Part shown: positions 54,336 to 64,000 of the stretch, piece by piece | Layout of the letters: each line of letters opens with the position of its first letter | Position numbering within the stretch: the first letter of the stretch is position 1 | Source: Eledone cirrhosa | Taxonomy: Eukaryota | DNA length: 64,000 nucleotides | NCBI GenBank assembly: GCA_964016885.1 | Contig: OZ024741.1 | Span: forward strand, 298,406,001 to 298,470,000 | Reading direction: 5' to 3' | Notes under the pieces: generated by a model | The model's database searches: none | What the model was told of the DNA's origin: nothing | What the model saw: only the letters and a program-made list of their open reading frames with translations | Translations under genes and position numbers: made by a program

Positions 54336-56060
54336 ATGTCATTTCACTTCTGTACTTTCCTTTCATTGTTGTTCCTGTAATTAAAATCATCCTTTTCCTT
54401 CACTGATTTACTATTTCAACTATACCTATTTTCTATATAATCTTAATTGAACATAATCATAATATAATTTTCTGAAATATTAATCCGGTTTAGCTCTCTT
54501 GCTACTATATTTCCAATCCATGATTTTCAAATATATTTGAAAAGGATCAAGAATTTGGAGGGATTTTGTGAATTAATCTTGTTGATATTAAGCTAGTGTT
54601 TGAAATAATTTAGCACATTTCTAATATAGAATTATGATGGAAGGTTTTTAGATAAATATAAACATCTTTAATCAAACAGATGTGTATCGTACAATCAGGG
54701 TCAAATTCAGGCAGTTTAGTATCAAAAGGGTTAATTCGTTATAACATTGGACATTTTCTATATATCTTTTGGTTTAATTCAAATGCAATGCGGTGTAATG
54801 TTTGATTTGAACTTTTATATTGCACAAGGTTAGGTTGCTGGGGTTACGATCGTAATGTTGTAGGCTTGATTCCTGGACCGGGTCATGTATTGTGTTCTTG
54901 AGTAAAGCACTTCTTTTCACATTGCTCCTGTCAATTCAGCTGAAAATGAGTGCCAGCAGTAGCTGAGGTTTAACCTTACAATAGACTGGCGTCCTGTTTA
55001 AGGGCGTGTCTGGTATTCTCAGTCACTTAACGCCAATGTAACTGAATAAACTCCGGATTGATGAGCCTTGGGACGAACTTTAACTTATAATCTTAGCCAT
55101 GATTATTTATAAATGTGACATCTAATCTCCTAAAGTTTGGGCTTGGATATCGGCGTACACCGTTTCTTCCATGGTAAATTATATGCAGACTGTTCAACAC
55201 AAAATAGTGAGAATAAAAATTGTATATGAAAATTCCTTACATAGAAACTAGGCCTTAAATTCGGGCTTATATGTAAAGTAAAGCATATCAAACTAGTACT
55301 CAATTGGTACTTATTTATCAATCTTGGTGACATTTGACACTCAAATAATTCTTCACATCTATCACTCTAATAAACTGTAGATATTAATCCTATATAGAAA
55401 ACCAATCGAAAATATTGTTTCAGTAAAATTAATATAATCAAAGTTATAGTATTTTGTTTCACGTAACTAAATAGAGTCGTTAGAGTACAAAACGAAATGC
55501 CTTGCAGTATTTTCCCAGATGTCCACTCTCCGAGTCCAAATATTGCCGAGGCCAACTTTGCTTTTCTTGTTTTCGGAGCCAATAAAATACAATACAAGTT
55601 AAAATCGGTGAGTTGGCAGAATTATTATAGCATTGGATGACACGTTCAGGCTTTTTGTTTTCTGAGTTCAAACTTCGCTGCAGTAAACTTAATCCGTCGC
55701 CCAACACCCCAGCCTAACCATTAGATGCTTTTAGTGGAGTCCACTCTGTTTCAAGTATTCCGACTAAGTCAGTGGTTTAATGATACTTTCACACGCCTTT
55801 CTACCAGTTTCAAAGGCCTTGAAAAGAATCATGAACACTGTATTTTTCCATTCGAATAAACTATAAAAAAAGGGAAGTTAGATTCAATTTCTAAAGGTTG
55901 AGAGAGACTGAGTATTTTTATGTAGTCACTGGTGTACTTACTGCTCGTACGTATAATGTAATCAACAAAGTTTGCCAACTGGCGCTAAAAATCAGTTAGT
56001 GTTAAAACCTGTTAAATCAATCTACCGTATAAATCTTTTTAAGTGTGTTTTTCTTTTTAG

Positions 56061-56162
56061 AAAACAACTCGAGGTGGACCAACAGAAGTCTGGGTGGGAA
56101 TAAAAGAAGATTGGCCAAAGAAAGGGAGCCCCCTATCAATATGGGAATGGCATTATTCTTAT
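56061..56162 (+). CDS. Host gene coding exon 8
   Basis: TTTTAG| ... |GTAAGT, 102 nt, phase 0-0; KTTRGGPTEVWVGIKEDWPKKGSPLSIWEWHYSY. Confidence 0.88.
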
Positions 56163-56209
56163 GTAAGTATTTATATTTGAAAATTGAATACAGTCGCCTC
56201 AATATAAAT

Positions 56210-56560
56210 ACTTGTTTCTACTTTTGGCACAAGGCCAGCAATTATTCCAGTGTATTACTGGTGCTTTATTTTATCGACCCCGTAAAGATGAAAGGCATAA
56301 TTAACCTTGGCGGGATTTGAACACAGACCATAATGGTCCGACCCTCTACCGATACTGCCAAACCACCACCACAATATAAATAATTATCATTGTTTCTACT
56401 TTTGGCACAAGGCCAGCAATTACCCTGTGCATTACTGGTACTTTATTTTATCGACCCCGTAAGGACGAAAGGCAAAGTTAACCTCAGTGAAATCAGAATG
56501 GCAAGGGCCGTAACTCTATGCGTTAAAGTATGGCGTCCGACCCTCTACTTATACTGCCAA
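56210..56560 (-). mobile_element. Two tandem SINE copies
   Basis: Matches to the SINE consensus. Confidence 0.8.
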
Positions 56561-57182
56561 TAATAATAATTGATCACTATAGAGTGTAGTTATAAAATTC
56601 GGGTAAAATACCCACGGAAATAGAAAAAAGTGGACTACGACGTTCCGATTACCGCCTACACTGTCATTAACAATATCACCCGGAAGCATCAACATGGTCA
56701 TTCAACCCTGTAGTAATAGTAAGCAACTCTTCCTCCAATAATTCCCTTCCCTTCTCAAATAATGAAACAAAAAAGAAAAAGAATAATAGCTAATGTAAAG
56801 TTACATACACTTAAAAAGACAAGATGGCCATGGCTGGAATATTTTTCTCATAGTCTTGCCGGATCAAGGTTGATCTGATGTTGAACACTACCACCACAAC
56901 CACCACCAACAACAATAACAACAACTCATAAGAACCACCATTAATCATTTGGGAACATATATTGGCTTTTAAATGTTCAAATAAAGTTAGAGTAAAAGAA
57001 AAACGATTCGAAACAAGTATTACGGTGGTGATGGGTAGATCAAAGGAACAGCCTGCTTGCGAAATTAACGCGCAAGTGGCTGAGTATTCCACAGACACAC
57101 GTAACCCCTTAACGTAACCGGGATTCGAACTCACGACCTTACGATTATGAGCCGATTACCTTAGCCACAAATATATATATTT

Positions 57183-57622
57183 CAGCAGTAGCAAGCAGTG
57201 GGAGAAATCGTCCTGAAATGCATAGACGGTTGTCCCCCTTGCTTCTGCGGACACCACCAGAGGGCGTTAGCACCCCCCCCCCGGTGTTTGCATAGCTACG
57301 GCTTCCTAAAACCGTATTTCTTTATATAAAGCTATGCCTGAAGCGAAATCTTATTTCTTTTCTATTATAAGTTGAGCCAACTTATGCAGCTTTATATGCA
57401 AATGAGATTAATCATCTCATTTACACAGACGGAAAAACTATATATTCTCGACTGCTTTCAAGTCCAGCAGTAGCAAGCGGTGGGAGGGACCGTCCTGACG
57501 AAGGCCAGTCAAGTCTGAAATGCATAGACGTTGTCTCTCTTGCTTCTGCTGGCCACCACCAGAGGGCGTAAGCCCCCCCCGTTATTTGCATAGCTACGGC
57601 TTCCTAAAACCGTATTTCTTTA
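57183..57622 (+). repeat. Pair of ~140-160-bp GC-richer direct repeats with a ~140-bp spacer
   Basis: CAGCAGTAGCAAGC...CCACCAGAGGGCG...TTTGCATAGCTACGGCTTCCTAAAACCGTATTTCTTTA at 57183-57323 and 57465-57622. Confidence 0.8.
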
Positions 57623-57632
57623 GAAATACGAA

Positions 57633-57696
<64 letters not shown>

Positions 57697-57840
57697 ATAT
57701 ATGTGTATATATATATATGTATATATATATGTGTGTGTGTATATACGTATGTATATTTTTATACGTATATATGAATATATGTGTGTTTGTGTACATGTTT
57801 GAATATCTATATACATCTATATATTTTAATTATGTTTCAG

Positions 57841-57912
57841 GGCAGTGCCATTAACACCCAATCGGTGCATTCGAAGGCTGTCCCAGTTCGGTTTGATATT
57901 CATCTTTCTGAT
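57841..57912 (+). CDS. Host gene coding exon 9
   Basis: TTTCAG| ... |GTATGT, 72 nt, phase 0-0; GSAINTQSVHSKAVPVRFDIHLSD (PVR motif parallels exon 4). Confidence 0.8.
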
Positions 57913-58341
57913 GTATGTGTGTCTATATTTCTTTTGAAGTTTTAAATGATTGCAATGTAAACTATACTGAAGTAACCTACCACACACATTTTGTGGAGTT
58001 TTGTATTGGTTCATGCTATATGTTAACTCTCTAAGGATTTGTTATATATATATATATAAAATAGTTTTAAATAATCATTTTCAACAGACATTGTAAAGGG
58101 ACCTTCCTTAGGGATGCATCTAGTCGTAGAAAACCTGCCAAACATAGTTGTGAGGACTCTCCAGTTGTGCCAAACACATGACAACCTCCACAGTGCTTGT
58201 GCCTCGATAAAACACCCAGTACATTCTGTGAAACACGGAAATATATGTAATTGAGAAAGCCTGACAAATCTCCATAGTCCTGACAGTATAATTCCTCATC
58301 AAAATGCTCTCCACAGCAACTGGTTTTGCTTACATTTAATA

Positions 58342-58688
58342 CAGAGATTCTCAAACGTTTTGGGTCACCGCTCCCCTCACGGCCACATAATACCTACAGT
58401 GCTCCCAACCCTATTTCCAGAGAGACCTGCCTACAAGCAAATTGTAAATAATATATAATAAATAAAATCGTTAATTTATATATATAATAAATAATATAAT
58501 ATATACTATGTATAAATAAATATTATATATTATTCATTTTACTATATTTATATGTAATATCTATCATTTGATATTTAATATACTATTATATCATCGCTAC
58601 CGCCCCCAGCGCCCCCTTAGGCCCCAGCACCCCTTGGAACTTCTCAACGCCGCCAGGAGGGCGGTAGCGCCCACTTTGAGAACCTCTG
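58342..58688. mobile_element. hAT (Charlie-like) MITE
   Basis: TIRs CAGAGATTCTCAAA / TTTGAGAACCTCTG; degenerate 8-bp TSD ATTTAATA / ATGCAATA. Confidence 0.75.
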
Positions 58689-59248
58689 ATGCAATAGATT
58701 GTGTTTAAAAAAATTATTTATACTTCTCCTCCTCAATTAGGACAACATGTTTTTCTCATGCGTTAGATATTTTAACATAGTTTCTACGGCTGAATGCCCT
58801 TCCTAACGCCAACCAATTTACAGCGTGTACTGGGAGCATTTTATCGTGGCATCAGCACCATTACTTTGCAAGCTGAACTGGGTGATTTTTATCGTGGAAC
58901 CAGCACTACCCCTTTACAGAATGGGCTTTGTGTATTTTATTGTGACATCAGCACTATCACAAAACCTTAAAGAAACCCCACAAAGTATGGTTTTTGCAGT
59001 TCAACTGTAGAATATATTGTTTTGCTGTTAGCAAAAGGAAATGTTCTTTGACAACGTAATTGATTCATGATATTTTATAGCTATCAATCGTCAAAAGCAA
59101 CCTATTTCACTTTAAACTGTTTGTACTCACTCAGATCGTACGTTTTTTCATCCGTTCATACTGTGTCATTTCTGCTTTTAACGAACGAAGAAAATCTCAT
59201 GGTACTATTTTTGTTTTATTTTTCTCTTCTTTAAATTCTTTGATTTAG

Positions 59249-59366
59249 GAAGCCTACACTTTCAACATTTTCTCCTACTTTGATGCGCAACCAAGATTAA
59301 GTTCCTATGATGTTAGAGCATGTTACCTCCAAAGTGATCGACAGAAGTTTGCATTGTCCGTCACAA
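59249..59366 (+). CDS. Host gene coding exon 10
   Basis: ATTTAG| ... |GTTGGT, 118 nt, phase 0-1; EAYTFNIFSYFDAQPRLSSYDVRACYLQSDRQKFALSVT. Confidence 0.85.
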
Positions 59367-59749
59367 GTTGGTTTTGTGTTTATATTTGTTTATTTGTTTT
59401 TTGTTCCTTTCATTCTGGTTTCTATTCTTTTCTTTCTTTCTAACTTTACTTATGTCATTGAACCTGTAGCGGTGGAGACTTTTGACGTTCGACTCACTGC
59501 TATTGGGAAAGAGTTGGCCACCCGCAGGAGTTGAGCGAGCTGGAACGTTTATTTCAACGCATATCCCTCGCTATCATCCAGGATATCACTTTCTCCATTC
59601 TGTCCACCGGGACCACGATGCAACTTGCACCCAGGATTATTCACACCAGAGAGCGTTTTCCACTCTGTCCAGGCTTGTATTACTGGGGTAGCAATGGTAT
59701 AAGTTGCTGATATCTACTTCAGCTGTCGACATATCACCTCTAAAGCTTA

Positions 59750-60135
59750 TGGATTGACAGTATCAGTAGAGCGTCTGATAAAATGCTTTGCGATATTTAA
59801 ATTCTACGTACTGAGTTTAAATCCTGACGAAGTCAACTTTGACTTTCGTCCTTTTGGAGTTGATAAAATAAAGTACCAATGAAACACTGGAGTCGGTGAA
59901 ATCAATTCCCATGATCTTTTGCCCAAATTAATAATCATTATTATTGGTGGATTGGCAGTATCGGTACAGGGTCGGACGCTATGCTTTGACGCATTGAGTT
60001 ACGGCCCTTGCCATTCTGAGTTCAAATCCCGCCGAGGTTAACTTTGCCTTTCATCCTTAAGGGGTCGATAAAATAAAGTACCAGTAATAAACTGGGGTAA
60101 TAGCTGGCCTTGTGCCAAAAGTAGAAACAATTATT
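59750..60135 (+). mobile_element. Two tandem SINE copies
   Basis: Matches to the SINE consensus; 59945-60135 looks full length. Confidence 0.8.
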
Positions 60136-60498
60136 ATTTCACTCCCCGACGAACCCCACCAACAACAGTATCTCTAAGTTCTTATACTAAATATCTATGA
60201 GCAGACTTTAACTTTCATTGCTCCGCAGTTGATGAAATAAACTTCCAGATATCAATTTGACTAAATTTAATAGATTATGATCTTCCTCTATACCTCTTTC
60301 TCACTTCATCTCTATCTCCTTCTCTGGAAGAAAGTGGCTGTGTTTAGACTTTGAGAAGGATGAGATCCGTCAGGTTTAAAGTGTCCAAGAAACGCCATAT
60401 ATCATTACGGCGCCGCTCCTACGACTCCATCAGGCGTTATGGGTTCATACATATACACATGATATTAAATATAATTATTTACAAATAAATAAATGAAA

Positions 60499-60652
60499 AT
60501 ATTTGAATTTATAGAAAAAATGAGGAAACTCATCGCTAGAACAGCTATTAAAACAGCCAAATGCTGTCAATGACAGCGATGGGAAAACATGACTCAGAAC
60601 ATAGAGACTGTTCTAGTGATGAGTTTTCTCACTTTTCTATGAATTCAAATAT
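60499..60652. repeat. Imperfect ~47-bp inverted repeat with ~60-bp spacer
   Basis: AATATTTGAATTTATAGAAAA..AAACTCATCGCTAGAACAG / CTGTTCTAGTGATGAGTTT..TTTTCTATGAATTCAAATATT. Confidence 0.7.
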
Positions 60653-60758
60653 TCTTTCGCTTCGTCTCGATCAGAGATAACAACGTTTATTTACTTAAAT
60701 GAAAATGCATTAATTGTTTTTCTTTTTTGTTCTTTTTTTTCTATATCTCTATTTTCAG

Positions 60759-60868
60759 ACTTCGTCAAAATATATGTTGAACAGAATATAAAGAGTTTTG
60801 AGTTTTACCTTATATCTTCACTAACAACTACTTTACAAATCCGTCCATTAAGAATTCAAAATATAAAG
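60759..60868 (+). CDS. Host gene coding exon 11
   Basis: TTTCAG| ... |GTAAGA, 110 nt, phase 1-0; FVKIYVEQNIKSFEFYLISSLTTTLQIRPLRIQNIK. Confidence 0.85.
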
Positions 60869-62024
60869 GTAAGATATTTTAATATTGTGCTTTTGTTTTG
60901 TATATTTTACTTCTATCTTATCTTTGTTATTGTTGTTTACCTATACGACAGCCTTGATCGAGTAGAAATAAATAGAATGTTTAGATGCAATTCTCATATC
61001 CAATATCTTAGATTAACCTAACGGAGGAGCACCGGACTCTATTTTGACATTTAGGAATTTATTATATGGGCTGCTGTATGGCAGTCTGAGCAAGATGCTG
61101 TTAAAATAAAATAAAATAAAATAAAAGAGAAGAAAAATATTAGGGGAAGGGAACGGTAGACTCTATACCTTAGTCTAGGTGGTATAGCTCAGTTGTGCCT
61201 CGTGTAAAAACAAATGACGAAGGCCTTGTCACAAAGAAGAGTCAACAACTCCTGCTACATCAGCTACTTCACCTCAGAGGACTTCCTTTTCAGACGGAAT
61301 GCACTCCCCCTAATTTTGTAGAGGAAAACGACAGCTCGGTGACCGAGGACGACCGGCACGAAAAGGAAGCGGACAATCAAGTCTTCCTCTTCCCCGCGTT
61401 CCGGTGGCAAAGCCTAGGTGTGTGGCGAAAATGACAAGCTTGTTTTTCAGTATCAGGTCCGCTTTTGCATCGCTGTTAGATTTGGTGATTTCTGCGGCCA
61501 AAATGGATCATGCATACTCGACTAGAGGAATTATCATTGATGATATGCCTCTCAACACAATTTTAAAAGCTAATGAGTCTATTGATAATGCGGATAGTTT
61601 ATGAACTGGTTTTCTTTTATATTTGTGTGGACTGAACGGAAGGGACAGTGTTTTAAGAATGGTGTTTCTGTAGGAAACATTACAACTATCTATATACATT
61701 TGGGATCATTGAATGCTGGAACTTGCTACTACTAAAACAAACTGCTTCTCTCAGATGTCTAAGTGACGTTTCATATTTAGATCTTATATTTGCCTTTGTT
61801 AGCTTTTATTAGCTAAATTCTAGTTCTCCAGTGAGTTTTATGCTATAATAGAAGTAGACGATGTTTTACTTTTAATTCTATCAACGTTAATTCAATACAA
61901 ACTAGAAAAAGAATGACTTCATTTTAAATATTAATTTTATTAAAGAATTTTCCTCAAGATTTCAATTTTTCTTTTAGTTTGAATTTTTCTTAAAAAGAAA
62001 AGAAATCTGGTATTCATCTTTCAG

Positions 62025-62198
62025 ATCCTATTCGGTGAGGAGGAAATATTTGTAACCTTTGTGATATCTGATGTGGCACCAATCGTTGGAGATGTAAAAA
62101 ATCGGATCGTGGAAAAGCCCTTCTTTGAAGTTGTCAACCAATTGAAAGACTTACTGAAAAAAAAGAAGTTTATTATAACATTATATTCGATGACATCG
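62025..62198 (+). CDS. Host gene coding exon 12 (gene appears to continue beyond the window)
   Basis: TTTCAG| ... |GTATGT, 174 nt, phase 0-0; ILFGEEEIFVTFVISDVAPIVGDVKNRIVEKPFFEVVNQLKDLLKKKKFIITLYSMTS. Confidence 0.85.
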
Positions 62199-62434
62199 GT
62201 ATGTGTAATTTTATATATGTAAGAAATACGTATTCCGTATACACTTATGTAAGAAATCAAAATCTTTTAGAGTATTTTTTAAGGTTAAATTTTATGGGGA
62301 CAAACAACTATTACATGAATTCTACTTACGAGACACTGAAATTCACACAAACCCCTCCTCCCCCAACCAGATTAATAAACAGAAACCAAAATAGACTTGA
62401 AACGAATAACTCACAAAAACAATGAATTAAAGTA

Positions 62435-62615
62435 ATAATTGTTTCTACTATTGGCACAAGGCCAGAAATTACCCAGTACATTACTGGTACTTTATTTTAT
62501 CGACCCCGTAAGGATGAAAGGCAAAGTTAACCTCGGCGGGATTTGAACTCAGAATAGCAAGGGCCGTAACTCTATGCATCAAAGCATGGCGTCCGACCCT
62601 CTACCGATACTGCCA
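62435..62615 (-). mobile_element. SINE copy close to consensus
   Basis: Nearly the reverse complement of 59950-60132. Confidence 0.85.
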
Positions 62616-62859
62616 ATAAAGTAATAATGCCGATGTTTCTACATAACATATTACATTAGCCACTACCAGAAACTCACGAATAGGGTTGTATAGCTCTTAA
62701 ACATATTTTCACTTGCATACATCTGAGTATGATAACGTAAAAGTATTAATTTACTCATCATATCATTTAGACTGGCGAAATAGATGAAGGCATCATTTGT
62801 AGCATTATGGATTGCTTCCGTTCAGGATAATACCTCGAGTCACAAATATTGAACTGTTG

Positions 62860-63011
62860 CATGTAAAAAACGAACATCGACTTTTACATGAGATACACAG
62901 AAAAATCCCGATTTAGGGACAAACTATTGGAGGTTGACTAATATACAGGATCGACATTTACACGGGATCGACTTTTATACGGTATCAACTTTTATACGAG
63001 CATACACAGTA
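62860..63011. mobile_element. Tigger/pogo-like transposon end fragment
   Basis: Repeated TCGACTTTTA(T/C)A subterminal motifs ending TATACGAGCATACACAG|TA. Confidence 0.5.
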
Positions 63012-64000
63012 CACAAAATTATATAACTATGCATTAATTAATTAATTGATTTTAAATCGCATTGGTGAATAATAGCTTCATTGGTTGTATCTTTTCAACG
63101 ACCAGCCATTGATTCATTACAGATAGAAAACATTGCGGAATAAACATCGCTAGAAGCTACCCTAGCAAAACACCGTTTTTTTTTCCACTCATATTTAAGC
63201 TCTTCGCAGATGTACAGCAGACAGACAGCAGATACACCGAGAGAGAGAAAGAGAGAGAGAGTGTTGCATGTATAATATATATATATATATATATATATGG
63301 TAAATGAACGAAGAATAACGTGGTCGGTTGTACAATAGGGTTCATTTAAACTATTAACAATTGTTTCATTAGTCCGGTGTGTCTAAAAATCGCTGATTGC
63401 CAGAAGCTTCGACTCTCGATTTTAATTATAATCAATACCTGACCAAATCACCAGAGTGTTCAAACACGTCATGGTCCTCTTTACCTTTCACCCTTCTGAG
63501 GGTTAATAAAATAAAGTGCCAGTTAAGCAGTGGGCTTGATGTAATCGACCATCCCGTCTCACAAGTTGCTGGTTTGTGCCTAAGTTATAGTTTGTTGTTC
63601 ATTTGCTCTCAGCAATTTCAGCTGTAGCCGTTTCACCTTTTATTTAAAAATATAATTTATCTAGGACTACATTATCCAATGTCCCATTTCCTTCCCCAGA
63701 ACAGTTGAGTGTTATAGATAAAATAAGATCTAGTTGCTGTATCTAGCAGACCTAGACTCCCATTCGTTAGGTCATCAGGCACATTCGTTAGTTTGGTATA
63801 CATTTTCGTACCTTACTGCAGCACATGGTCTATCATACGATGTGGGGATTATGATTGTGTTCTATTTATAATTGTTTACATCAGCAGCAATATAATGGTT
63901 TCTGATATAGGAACAAGGCCAACAATTTTGGGGGGAGGGAGAAGTCAATTAAATCTACCCCAGTGTATTACTGGTACTTTATTTTATCGACACCGTAAGG

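Noticed and set aside
58088-58155. Candidate exon after TCAACAG
   Set aside because: The required phase-0 frame stops at once (ACA TTG TAA); exons 9 and 10 join without it.
59945-60040. tRNA genes at SINE heads
   Set aside because: Only A/B-box-like remnants fused to the SINE core; no complete cloverleaf could be drawn.
61180-61750. GC-richer patch with short ORFs on both strands
   Set aside because: No recognisable domain or termini; left unclassified.

Overview
AT-rich, repeat-dense animal genomic DNA; the SINE and microsatellite content suggests an octopus/cephalopod (inference). A + strand host gene can be assembled by hand from 12 GT-AG, phase-compatible coding exons (12910-62198, 551 aa so far, no stop reached). 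It encodes a signal peptide plus two LolA/ependymin-like repeat domains. Its introns and upstream flank hold decayed L1/Tx1-like LINEs, a CRE-like RLE retrotransposon with a PHD finger, an RTE LINE with a 13-bp TSD, non-autonomous Helitrons, MITEs, many SINEs and several Penelope-like elements (PLEs) sitting in (TA)n tracts. The most striking feature is a 2.1-kb palindromic array of near-identical 310-bp units (34231-36350), each carrying a complete minimal hammerhead ribozyme. It is nested in the long 3' region of a near-intact 9-kb PLE whose own terminal repeat has a hammerhead with a very long stem II. Further hammerhead motifs and fold-back junctions are scattered through the window. All coordinates were read by eye and repeat boundaries are approximate.
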